DNA of 64,000 nt from the human T2T-CHM13v2.0 reference genome, Homo sapiens: NCBI RefSeq assembly GCF_009914755.1, contig NC_060936.1; one strand, given 5' to 3'. Under the pieces are notes generated by a model. That model had not been told where the DNA came from. It worked only from the letters and a program-made list of their open reading frames with translations, and did no database searches. Made by a program: the position numbers and the translations under genes. This document shows, piece by piece, positions 12,780-24,663 of the stretch. The first letter of the stretch is position 1; every line of letters begins with the position of its first letter.

Positions 12780-13970
12780 AAAAAAAGCCCCCACTAGGGC
12801 CCTGGGGCTGACTCCAGATTTGAGGGAGGAGGCTGGAGGCCAGAACTGCCTTTTCTTTGTTCCCAATTCTCCATGAGGCTATTTGCATTTCATTGTGGTC
12901 CTGGATGATTTAAGGAGCCCAGTGAAAACCCTTGGATGTGGTTAGGACATTCATGCTCCAGTGATAAATAATGTGACCAATGTGTATGGCCTAGAGTCAC
13001 TGTATTATCAAAGAGCTCCTTGGAAACTGGGCAAATGGTAGGGCTTTTTTTTTTTCCCCTCCTGCTTGTGACTGGTTTATTAATTAATTTATTTATTTTT
13101 CATCTACTTTATGAATTGATTTCTCATCCCTTTCCAAGCATATAATACCGTCCTGGGGACTGACACCCATCCTGTCTTTACAACCAGATCCTTTCAATAC
13201 TGCTGTTCCGCCAGAGCTTTGATCAGCGGGTCAGAGTTGAAAGAAAAAGATGAAGGCCCCTTTCCCATCTTTTTCTCCTCACCAACCTCTCCAGACACTT
13301 TTCCCACCCCCCCCACTCCCCACCCCCCGCTCAAAGAAATCTCCTGGTTTACTTCAAAGGCAGGTCTGCATCCAAAAGAGATAATATTGATGGGGAGTGG
13401 GGGTAGAAGGGAGGAAGTAGAGAGGAAGGAGAGGGGTCTCTGGACAGTGAGGGAAGTGAGACAGATGGGCACAGAGCCTGCTGTCTGAGCCTAACTTGTC
13501 ACTGGGAGGCAGGCCAGGCTGGGAGGACTCAGGCCTTCATATGTGAGGAGGCGTGACAGTGAAAACTCAGCAGTCCAGGCTTATCTTTGCTGGCAGAGAA
13601 ATCAGGTTTGGACAGATCTGAAGAGAATGACTACTGGTTATTTCTGGAACAGCTTCTTAGATTTGCTGCCATGCCTGTCATGGTGGTTAAGAGCTGGGGT
13701 TTGGGAGTCTGGGTTCAAATTCCAGCTCTTTCACATTTTAAATGTATTCAGTTGAGCAAATCTTTTCTTCTCTAAGCCTCGGACTTCTTGTCTCATCTGG
13801 TAGAGGAGAGCAATGTCCTTCCTATAGTCCCAGCAAACCAACAATTAGGGTGAACTGAGCATGCTGCTTTCCAAAGACAAGGCTACCATCAAGAGCAAAC
13901 ACCTCACCCTCTTTCTGTATGGATATGAAAATCAGTGGGGAGAGAAGTTTATCTCCTTTGATGACCTGAA
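12780..13970. promoter_or_regulatory. Candidate enhancer with clustered TCF/LEF sites, an octamer and SOX motifs
   Basis: Largely repeat-free; TCF/LEF-type CTTTGWW at 13007, 13217, 13353 and 13956; ATTTGCAT 12881; CATTGT 12891. Motif evidence only. Confidence 0.35.
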
Positions 13971-14471
13971 GTCTTCCAAGCCTCAAGTTGTCAAGAGAGT
14001 GAGGATGCAGGATTGAGGAGGATGCAATGTGCCAGAAAGAAAGGACTATCATGAGGTACATTCACAGGTGGATAAGGATGGAGATAGCCCAGGATCTGAG
14101 CTGACACTTTCAACTTGAATTTTCACCAACCCTTCCTCATCACTATGAGCCAGATGAAAGAATGAGCCAAACTAGATTCCGGGTTTCCAAAATATCCACT
14201 CAGCTACAGCAGGGGTAGTGCACGAGATCCTCAGTTACAAGCAGGGGCCTGAACACAACATCCGAGGAAGTCTTTTGTCCACTCGAACTAGAGATACTTC
14301 TGTGTGTCCGAGACAAGGTGACAAGTATCCTGGACATAGGGATCATAATAGTATTGTCTTCTTATAGATTTTAGGCTCCAGTAAGATAATGTGGGCATAC
14401 AGCACTTTGAACCATGCAAGGCATAGAGTGCATACTCAAGAAATGGTAGCTGTCATTAACATTTCAAGAGC

Positions 14472-14854
<383 letters not shown>

Positions 14855-14899
14855 TAGAACACAACTCAGACTTCAAATATGTCCCTCCCTCATTTCGCA

Positions 14900-15620
14900 T
14901 GGTGGCTTTTTGGGCACTGACGCTGGTAGTGTTTTCTTTTCCACTGTCCTATCATCATAGAACTTGGCTTTGTGACATTGTAAAAGTCTTTTGTGCCAGG
15001 ATAACCAATTAGGCATTGAAGGATGGAGGAGCCTGGCACTCAAGGGTTTATTTTTTCCATTTGTCTTTCAAGGGCAGTGATGGTGGCTTTCCAGAGCCAC
15101 AGTGGCTCCAGCTGTGTTAGCCCCTCCAAACGAATGATTTACAGACATGTTTTTAGGGGTACCTTGCCCACTCTGTGGGTTCAGCGTTGCCTAAATCACG
15201 TGCTGACTTCTTTTTGCCATTTGTTACATACCTGGACCCTTTGTGTCCTTCCTCCAAGCTGTCATCCTGTGGTTACTTGGCAATTGCCAACTGGTTTTTT
15301 ATATTAGCCCAAGAAAAACATCATTAGGAAGGGCGAGTCTGTGGCCAAATCCATTGCTTAATGGCCTGCAAAGCCAAACAGAAATAAATTGGAGGTATCT
15401 AAGCTGAAGGCCTCTCTGCTAGCAGGAAAAGTGAAACTCGACACTTGAAACATGAAAAATGGCAAGGCTGCCATTGCCACACTGCAGAAAGTTTCCTCTT
15501 AATAAAGTCACTTATAGAAATGTACTGTTTCTCCTGAGGTCTTCTTATAAAATTGGTCTAAAAAGGAAGGCTATTTTCTCTACAAGGTAAAGTAATCATG
15601 TTCTCGGCTTTCATTAAAAT
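14900..15620. promoter_or_regulatory. Candidate enhancer (IRF, PBX-HOX, E-box and SOX motifs)
   Basis: Repeat-free stretch; GAAAAGTGAAACT 15426-15438, TGATTTAC 15135-15142, TAAATCACGTG 15192-15202. Confidence 0.3.
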
Positions 15621-15830
15621 CCTCATTTGCCACAGAACTGATTCTATTTCTTCTTAATGGGGCTGCAAAATTATAAAGAAGGCAACTCAGCACCATCTCC
15701 CATTGGGTCGCTCTTTCTCCCCTTCCTGCCACTCCATTTCTCCCTTCTTCAGCACTCACCCATCTTTCCATCACTGTCCCACTCCTGCTTCCACCACCCC
15801 TCCCCTCACTGCACTGCCTCACCCCTACCT

Positions 15831-16236
15831 TGCTGTGGCTTGAATATCTGTGTCCTCCCAAAATTCATATATTGAAAATTTAATCCCCAGTGCAACACTA
15901 TTAAGAGGCAGGGCACTTAGGAGGTGATTAGGCCACGAGGACTTGCCCTCATGGATGGGATTAGCAACCTTACAAAAGGGCTGGAGGGAACTAGTTACAC
16001 CCTTTTTTGCCTTTCTGTCCCTTAGACATGTGAGGACACAGCATGCATCCTCTCTGGTGGGGAAGGCCATGAGGCACCATCTTGAAAGCACAGACTGGGC
16101 CCTCACAGGCATAGAATCTGCCAGAGCCTTGATCTTGGACTTCCCAGCCTCCAGAACTGTGAGAAATAAACCTCTCTTCTTTATAAATTACCCAGCCTCA
16201 GGTGTTTTGTTATAGCAGTAGGAATGGGGTAAGACA
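15831..16236 (+). mobile_element. Solo MaLR LTR (MSTC/MSTD-like)
   Basis: TG...CA termini (tgctgtggcttgaat...taagaca), ttcccagcctccagaactgtgagaaataaa; 5-bp TSD tacct/tatct. Confidence 0.9.
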
Positions 16237-16247
16237 TATCTCAATTG

Positions 16248-16345
16248 CCCCACCTCTACCTCTACCACCTCACCACTACCTCCACCACCTTATCCTTACC
16301 TCTACCATCCCACCACTTCCTCCACCATCATTCACACCCACCTTC
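16248..16345 (+). repeat. Degenerate (CCA/CCT)n low-complexity repeat
   Basis: cacctctacctctaccacctcaccactacctccaccacc... Confidence 0.8.
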
Positions 16346-16359
16346 ACTGCTGCACAATC

Positions 16360-17295
16360 CCATGGATACAAAAGCAGAAAAACCAGTTCCCTTCAAAGGT
16401 AACACTCAGACTGATATCAAGCATCTTAACAGTATAACTTAGAGATGACAAATTCTGAGAAAAGAAATGATGACCCAAGAATTTTATGACCAAGGAAGTT
16501 GTACTTCAGATTCAAAGGCAACAGGCAAATTATAACAAACACACAAACACACACACCACACAAATCAGAGATGTAGCACTAATGAGCCCTTTGAAATAAA
16601 TAAAAAAGACTTATTAAATCCAGCCAACCAAAAGATGAATCAAAATAAAGAACTCAGAAAAACAGATTAAAAATGTTTTAAAAGAATAGGTGGTGAACAT
16701 TAATATATCAGAATATAAAACTAAAGCTATATAGCTGCAATGATTGCCACTTAATATGTAAAAAATAATCATATAACATAAAAATTGAGACATCGAATAT
16801 GTAGGTGAAGTGAAAAAGTTATAATTTCTTAGAGTGCCATGTTAGGGAATTTATAGATAAGCCTAAATTTAAAACTTAAAAAAAATCTGCAACCCCAACA
16901 TATTCATTTGTTTAATAATCTTTATGTTTTAGCTTCAGTAGGCTCTTTTGGGAACTTATCACCAGTTGTATCATAAATATTTATTTGAAATTTTAGTAAT
17001 TCTCTGTTTCCTTTCCTTCTGTGAAATAACAGACTATGTAATTTAATATTTTGTTTTAATAAAGACATCCATGGAACATTCCTATATTTTTCTCTCTATT
17101 GCTTTATCTATGTGTGGAGAGAGGATGAAATTATGATTACAGGGGTCAAAGGTGGTTATTTCTATGTGATGAGATTGGGAATCACCTTTAGTTTTCTTCT
17201 TTGCACTTTGCTGTGTTGTGTGACTTGTTTTAATCATTATCATGTGCCATTTTACAAAGATAATACTATTAAAGAAAATTAAAATGTGAAATTTA
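16360..17295 (+). mobile_element. Highly decayed L1ME/HAL1-like LINE fragments
   Basis: A-rich; gacccaagaattttatgaccaaggaagttgtacttcag resembles the ORF1 3' region; ggtggttatttctatgtgatgagatt resembles an L1ME 3'UTR. Confidence 0.5.
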
Positions 17296-17535
17296 ACAAA
17301 GAAGAGTGACCGATGCCTTCTCTCTGGCTCCCTGGGCCCCTCTCCAACATGCCAGAGGGGCCCTCGGGAGCAACAGGGATTGTCAGGATGAAGGATGTTC
17401 TGTCCGAACATTGTCTCCTGAACTATTTCTATCTGCATCAGAGATGGATTTCCTAGCAACTCAACTCATCAACTCCCCCTTGCACGCACCAACATGGACC
17501 TGGAAAAGTTAATGTCTAATGTTTCTACATTGCAG

Positions 17536-17735
17536 GAAACTGGCATGAGCATACACATCCATTCAGAGGAGGTGAAAGTGGAGTGACTGATGCTAGAATC
17601 CCCACCTTCTGAGTCAACGGTCCAGAGAACAAGGCCAAAACAGCCACAAATACTTTTCAGGCTTCAGGATCAAATTTTTTATTCTTGAATGATCCAAACA
17701 CTTTAAGAAAAATAAAGTTTCTAGAGGAAATCAAC
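17536..17735 (+). ncRNA. Possible 3'-terminal exon of a spliced non-coding transcript
   Basis: Branch-like ctaat 17516-17520, acceptor tttctacattgcag (AG 17534-17535), AATAAA 17711-17716; no meaningful ORF; no expression data. Confidence 0.3.
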
Positions 17736-17938
17736 AAAAGTGAAAAAAGAAACCTGTTTCAACCAAAATTTAATGACACATGAGGTGTTTGGGTGCACCG
17801 TATTTGGGACAAGTAGAGAGGGCTCAGCACCTGCTGTCAGGGAGGCCTCCGGTATGTCTCAGGTGCCCAGATGTTCAGGGCAATGTGGGGGCAGAGATTC
17901 AGAGGCACGATCAGAGCAGCCTTCCGAGAAGAATCTGT

Positions 17939-17957
17939 TAGTGCCCCCTGCAGAATC
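17939..17957 (-). promoter_or_regulatory. CTCF-like motif
   Basis: Reverse complement gattctgcagggggcacta matches the CTCF core CCASYAGRKGGCRS at 12 of 14 positions. Confidence 0.35.
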
Positions 17958-17979
17958 CCAACATGAAGAAAATAACAAT

Positions 17980-18160
17980 GTCTTTAATGCATGCACTAAG
18001 CACTTCATAGTCATTAAATCCCATTCAATCCTTACAACATCCTTACAAGGTCAATGCTACTATCGTCTCCATTTTACACATACAGAAACTGAAGCTCAAA
18101 CAGTTTAAGCAATGTAGGCAAGGTCACACAGCTAATATTGGTTGGCCTCAGGATTTAAAA
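17980..18160 (-). mobile_element. MIR SINE
   Basis: caatccttacaacatcc...ccattttacacatacagaaactgaagctca...caaggtcacacagcta. Confidence 0.8.
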
Positions 18161-19099
18161 ACAAGTAACTGGTGACCTACTCAATCTTGACAGCATTCCT
18201 AAAAAGGACAGGAGAGTGAATTCAACAAAACTGACTAGCTCAGAGAGGAGCACAGTGGTAGCTAGGATCCAATCAGACAAGAGTCTATCCTGGGCAACAA
18301 GAGCCCAGAATCAGGGAATTCTGAACAGCAGCAGGGATAGCCACAGCAGGCAGAGACGTGGGCCCCATTTCTAACCCAAAGCCCAATTTATACAGCCTGA
18401 TGGGTCAGGGAGAGGTACCCTATTCCTCATGATAGCATGGTAGCTAGAAGGATATCAAAGCACCCCACCTGGATCTGGCCCCAGTGAGGCAGAGGCCAAG
18501 ATTATCACATGACCTAAGAAGCCTCTTGAACTTTCTGGAGATACAAACTCCATGTGGAATTTAATATAAGCCCTGTCTTAAATTAAGCTTCACTTCGATG
18601 GCATACATTAAAGGTGGCTGGATGGTTGGGTCACCCAAGGCTGGGTCATGAGGACAAGACTGGTATGTCTTGTTCCCACAGTGAATTGCAGCTCTCAAAA
18701 TTGCATTATCCAAAGGTGCTGTCTGTCCATTTGCTGTAGCTGTTGTGATCCCATCTCTCTGGCAACCTTAAGCATGTTGTTCCCTACAGCCACAGCTAGG
18801 CAGGGGGAAACCAGCAGTCTCTCTGAGAAGACAACTCTTCTAGCACCTTCCTCCTGCTGGGGGAACATCCTGACTCCAAAGCCACTACACATTGCCGTGG
18901 TAGCTGTGAACTGAACAACTCCAGGAGGTGCCATTCACAGAGACAGAAATGGGAATGATGCCTCTTGGAGCTGTGCGACATGGTGGCCCTGGACTCTTGC
19001 CAAGTTCTGCAAAGCCAACCTCAATTCATCCTTCATGACCCAGCCCAAGTACCCTCTCCTCTCCAAACACTCCCATGGCCTCCACCCTAAGCAGTAATA

Positions 19100-19330
19100 G
19101 TAATAATTATAACAACTGGCATTTACTGCACGCTAGGTAACTGTCATGCGGTGCACTAAACACTTTACATGCATTAGCACATATCATAGTTATCACTGTT
19201 TTCTCCATTTTATAAATGATGCAACCAAGGCTTTGAAAACTGGAGTTACTTGCCCAAAGTTCCAGAGCTAGTAAGAGGCAGGATTCAAATGAAGCAGGCT
19301 GACTCTGAAGCCCAAGCACTCACTGTCCAC
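19100..19330 (-). mobile_element. MIR SINE
   Basis: ggcatttactgcacgcta...ccattttataaatgatgcaaccaagg...acttgcccaaagttccagagctagtaag...ggattcaaat. Confidence 0.8.
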
Positions 19331-19364
19331 TCTGCCAGCTGTGCCCACTTTTTACTTTGCAATA

Positions 19365-19661
19365 CATTCGAACCTCTATATCTACATGCTCCGTGTCTGT
19401 GGATTCAACAACTGCAGATAGAAAATATTTTTAAAAAGAATAAAACAAATAAAAACAATATAGTATAACAACTACTTACATAGCATTTACATTGTATTAG
19501 GTATTATAAGTAATCTAGAGATGGTTTAAAGTATATGAGAGAATGTATGTAGGTGATAAGCAAATACAAAGTCATTTTATATCAGGGACTTGAGCATCCA
19601 CAGATTTTGGCATCCTCAGGGGTCCTGAAGCCAGTGCTCTGCAGAGACCAAGGGACAACTG
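19365..19661. mobile_element. MER2-like TcMar-Tigger MITE
   Basis: gtggattcaacaactgcagatagaaaatattt...agcatttacattgtattaggtattataagtaatctagagatg...gggacaactg; TA dinucleotides on both flanks. Confidence 0.88.
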
Positions 19662-20767
19662 TACCTACCTGGAATCCACCCTTCTCCTAGCACCTATCAT
19701 ACGTGGATGCACTAACTTGTTTATGACCTGTCTCTTCTACTAGACTGTGAGCTCTTTGGGATGAAGGATCCTATCTTATTCTATCTTATATACCCTGGTA
19801 TCTACTAAAGAGTTGGAACTCCAGAACTGTTTGATAAAAGCTTACATGCATGTGTGGTGATGGCCACTTGGCATAGACCGTTTCTACTCTGATTCCATTT
19901 TGGGCTCTGGCCCTCAGGTTGCCTGAACACAAGACACAGAGTCTCATTCAAAGGAGCTCAGGAGATGACAGAGGATGGAAAGGGGTATAGCAGGGCTCTT
20001 GACCCCATTTTGTTTTAATTAATTACTAAGGGATCCAGGAAATGTTGACTATTAATTTGGAGGCCAATGGAAGACTCAGAGGCATCACTTTCTGAACCAC
20101 GAATCACCCTCCTCTCTTGATCCTGAGACTAGCATCCCTAAAGCTGAGCATTGCAAAGTGGCTTTTACTCTATTGAACAGAAGAGAGACTCGCATCTATG
20201 CTGATCAGAGCCTTTACACAGCCACTTGTATTCATGTTCAAAGGCCTACAGCCACGAGCCTTGGAGATGTGCCGGCCCAGTAATTTTCAAACACTGTTAC
20301 CAGTAAAACCTTCTTGTATGGAAGGCCAATATATAAATCAGATAAAAGATGAAGAGCTGGGGCCTGGAGCACCCCAGCTCAGCTTCTTCTTTGCCTACCT
20401 CCATAGCACTTCCTGAGGCACCTCTCTGATACCCCTAGGTCTTCACTGAACACAGCATAGGGCCACTGATTTTGCCTCATTCCTCCAGCTTGTAAATGAA
20501 CAAGAGAGGACCAGAGAAAGGAAGAGACTCAGTAAGGGTCTCAGGCACCTGTGCTGCTGCTTCTTTGAGCATCCCCTAGCATACAAAGCTGATTCAGCAA
20601 GCAGTATCTTTACAATGACTGGGCCGTGCTGCAACTTGTTCTGCAACAGGGAAGAGCATGTTCTGATCCACCCTCACTTTCTCCTGTGTCTTGGGGAATG
20701 TGTTTCTGGAGCACTCCAGTGCGTGGTGAGAATCTTGAATTTACATCATTCCCCAATATAAGCCCCA

Positions 20768-21200
20768 TGATATAGTTTGGATCTGTGTCCCCACCCAAAT
20801 CTCATGTCCAGTTGTAATCCCCAGTGTTGGAGGAGGGGCCTGGTGGGAGGTGACTGGAACATAAGGGCAGAGTTCTCATGGATGGTTTAGCACCATTCCC
20901 TGCTTGGTACTGCACAGTGAGTGAGTTCTCATGAGATCTAGTTGTTTAAAAGTGTTTCACCCATGGTGGAAGGCAAGGCCAGAGCAAGCATCTTACATGG
21001 CAGGAGCAGGACCAAGAGAGAGAATCTGCTCCGATTTTGCCTTCCACCGTGAGTAAAAGTTCCCTGAGGCCTCCCCAGAAGCAGATGTTGCCATGCTTCC
21101 TGTACAGCCTGCAGAACCATGAGCCAATGAAACCTCTTTTCTTTATAAATTACCCAGCCTCAGGTATTTCTTTATAGCAGTGTGAGAACGGATGAATACA
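20768..21200 (+). mobile_element. Solo MaLR LTR (MSTA-like) carrying an internal inverted segment
   Basis: tgatatagtttggatctgtgtccccacccaaatctcat...ctttataaattacccagcctcaggtatttctttatagcag...aataca; TSD cccca/cacca. Confidence 0.92.
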
Positions 21201-21209
21201 CACCATATT

Positions 21210-21670
21210 CACTTTTGAGACCTGCTGTAACAAATCACCACAAACTGAGCAGCTTAGAACACCAGAAGTTTATTCTCCCACAGTTCAGGAGAACAGGTGA
21301 CTGAGTCAAGACGTCAAGGTTGGTTCCTTCTGGAGGCTCAGAGGCTCCCATGCCTCTATTGTGGATTTTGTGTTTGCTGGCAATCCTTGGAGTCCTTTGG
21401 CTTGCAGAAATGTCACTCCAATCTCTGCCTACATCTTCACATCTCTTTATTCTCTGCATGTCTCTCTGTGTCCTCTTCTTTTAAGGACACCAATCATTAG
21501 ATTTAAGTACACCAATTATTAGATTTAGAGCGCATCCTAAATTCAGGATGATTTCAACTTGAGATTTTCAACTAAATTACACCGATAAACACCTTATTTC
21601 CAAATAAGGTGACATCCTGAGGTTCTGGATGGACATGAATTTTGGGAGGACACTATTCAATGCATTATAA
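21210..21670 (-). mobile_element. MaLR LTR (MLT1C/B-like)
   Basis: ctgctgtaacaaatcaccacaaactgagcagctt...caatccttggagtcctttggcttg...ccttatttccaaataaggtgacat; internal ~20-bp tandem duplication near 21487-21527. Confidence 0.85.
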
Positions 21671-22529
21671 GCCCCAGGTGAGTCACCAGGGGACTCGAAA
21701 CCCAGGACTTCAGGTTCATTAGCTAGCACAGGGCTGGGTCCCTCCAGCTGAGCCAGTGCAGTCCCTGCTAAAATAGCTCTTGATTGACAACACAGGCCCC
21801 TCAACCCCTCTGCCGCACCCTGTCAATGGTATCAGCAGGGTGGGGTCCACACCTCCTGTGCTGGTAGAGATAATCTAGAGAGGAAATCCTGGGCTGCCCA
21901 GATGACACAAGAAATTTTCCTCAGAGGAGGGTGGCCTAAGTTGTTTCTCACATTGCCCTTTGCTCCTCAGTCAGCAATGAACATAGGAAGTGGCTCTCCT
22001 CAGCTTCTCCTGATGTCAACTCAAATGTTGACAGTGCCTATAAACCAAGAGACAGGGAGCTTATCAGTGACATACCAAACCCAGGAAACACTTACTACAC
22101 TTTCATATCTGGATCTGGATGCCAACATTGATAGTATCCCGGAGCACCTTCAGATTATGTCCAGTGCACTTCAAGAAAAAGAGAAGGCAGCTTTCTCTGC
22201 AGAGAAAGCTGGCAGCCAGGGTTGGAGGAATGCAATTGCTGGGTGATGCAATGGAAGTTTCAGAGAAGGCCCCAGCTGAGGCTTCTACAAACGAGACTTT
22301 GGTGAGAGTTGTAAACTTGAACAAAACCAGTTACCATGAGATAGCTCCTTAGCCCTAGATGGTGACAAGTCTGAACATGCTGAAATTGAGATGATGCTTT
22401 GGTTTCTGTGTGCCTTTGCTGCATTTTGGCTTTTTACATCCAGGACTGCCTGTTTCTTGACCCATACTTTGCCCCAACAGTACCTGCTCTCCCTCTGTGC
22501 TAGTGAGGGTTTGGGGTTATAACTGTTAG

Positions 22530-23140
22530 ACCGAGATAAGAGCGTAAGTTTTGGCTTCAGACAAACCTGAGTTTGTGTCCAAGCTCTGCCACTTAAGAAC
22601 AGTATGAGTTGCTGCAGATTACACTGAGCTAATAATAATACTACCTAACAGGAATGTCATAAGTTAAATAATCAATTCATGCCAGGTACTTAGCCCAATG
22701 ATGGAACGCAGCACGAACTCAATAAATGTTAGCTATCATTATCACTATTATTACTATTGTTATTCACAATATCATAAGGAAGAGAAACTTACATGCTTCC
22801 CCCAAAAAATACACTCTATATGATACAGTTGAAGAAGAGTTGGTGTTATATCATATTTCCAATGATCTTTGCCCTGTATTTCCTGTGGCTGAACCGATAA
22901 TATTAGAAGCTGCTAACATTTTTTGAAGGTTTGTTGCATGTCACATACCATTCTAAATGCTTTACTTCAACCAACAACCCTGGGAGCTGTAGATACTCTT
23001 ATTATCATCTCCACTTTACAGAAAAGGAAGTAAATTGCAGAATAATTATGCATTGCCCAAGATCACACATCTAATAATGGTTGTCTAGAGTTACAACCAA
23101 GGCAGTCTAGCTCAGAATCTGCAAGCTTAACTATCCACTG
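22530..23140. mobile_element. Two MIR remnants in opposite orientation (~22530-22760 +, ~22910-23140 -)
   Basis: cagacaaacctgagtttgtgtccaagctctgccactta...ctcaataaatgttagctat; ccactttacagaaaagg...tgcccaagatcacaca. Confidence 0.7.
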
Positions 23141-24663
23141 TCCTACCCTCCTGATAGAAGTTGGTGACCCCTCCGACTAGGATAGATTCCACTTCCAGGG
23201 ACTTCAAAGAACTCTCAGCAGGAATTTTTAACTGACAATTTGATTTGACAGAATTGTCCTGCCTCTATGCTAATTGATCCCTTAAACTTAGGTTCAGAAA
23301 GAGTACATGGGTTGCCTGAAGTCCTGAAGCTAGTCTCTGACAGATCCTCAAGCAGCCCGACTGGAGCCAGGTTTCCATGAAAATTCAAAGAAAGGAAAAA
23401 CCCAGATTGTAGTAGATTCTTCCCAAATACCCACAGGTCTGCATTTTAATTGATTATTGGGCTTAGCTACCAGATCCAAGGTTGATTTGCAAGGTCGATC
23501 CTACAGGGGCACTCTGCAGTCCCAGGGCAGAGCCCAGCCACAGGAATATGGGCTGAGAATCTACCATTATTCCTGGGAGAAGGAATTGGGGGAGTTGAGG
23601 ACTGAAATCAGATCTTGGAGGAATAGTTACTGGGTGATGCAATGGAACTGACACCAGGATGGAGATTCTTGAGCTAAGCAGGACAAAAACTGTTCTCAGC
23701 CCCTGGGGGATATCCCACTGAAGTCAAGACTTTCATCCCAGAAAAGGAGGAGTTGAAATGGGTGGATTTCACTCTGAGTTGGGAGAATGATGTAAATACT
23801 ACACTGAGTGGTACTGTACAAACCTTCTTTGACCTCAGCCCAGAGGGTATATCTTAAAGTTTCTTTAGGAGAAGAGAGTATCATATGAAGGAAAAGAGGC
23901 AGACCATTCTCCTGGTATCTAGTGATCAAGCTATATCTCTAGGACCAAGCAGGCTGGGAGAAGAAAATCATCCTCTATTTCTGTCACAGTTGCAAGTTTA
24001 ACATCATCAGAAGTGTCACAGTCACTGAGTGTCAAGTGATGGCTGCCCACAGTGGCAGCCACAGAAAAGCTTTAATTCCCATCCAGAGAAACGTGAGCCA
24101 CCTCACTCCACCCCCAGGACACTGCCAGGTGTAGAAGAAAGAACTGAAGGACTGGAAATACTAGCAATTTTCACAAGAAGAGGCTCTAAATCCAATACAG
24201 CTGATGGTGTCTTTAGGCCACCTGGGAAAATAAGAATATTATCCTTGTAATCCTCTCAACTATACCAAGAGACAGTTAGTCTTATTACTTCCAGTTTACA
24301 GATAAGGAAACCAGGATTGAAAGATTAAGTGGAAACTCCTCTTTTCTGTCCCTGACTTTCTGTCTGTGTACTCAGGGAGACTTCAGGCTTCTTGGAAGGA
24401 TTGAGAAGAAGCTTCTACCTGTCCTTCCACCTCTCATTTCCTCCTCTCAAGACGACATATCTAAATAAGGAAAAACAGATTGGTTTTCCTTCTACATTCA
24501 CACCGCTCTCAATACTTCACTCTGACAACAGATACGTGGGTTTTTCCCACACCAACCAATTTACCAACTCTCTGTGGACACCAACTGGATGTCCTAGAAT
24601 TTAACTCAATTTGACATCAGATCTCACAGGTTAAGGGCTCAGTCCCACAAAACTGCCTCCCCC

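Noticed and set aside
12881-12896. Canonical OCT4-SOX2 composite element
   Set aside because: The octamer is perfect, but the SOX half is not in the canonical ATTTGCATAACAATG orientation or sequence; kept only as separate motifs
21591-21610. Palindrome accttatttccaaataaggt
   Set aside because: Essentially part of the normal MLT1B/C consensus
23430-23950. Possible ancient LTR or Gypsy-like element (similar impression at ~620-1130 and ~18200-18990)
   Set aside because: Cannot be assigned to a family from memory; no termini or TSD identified
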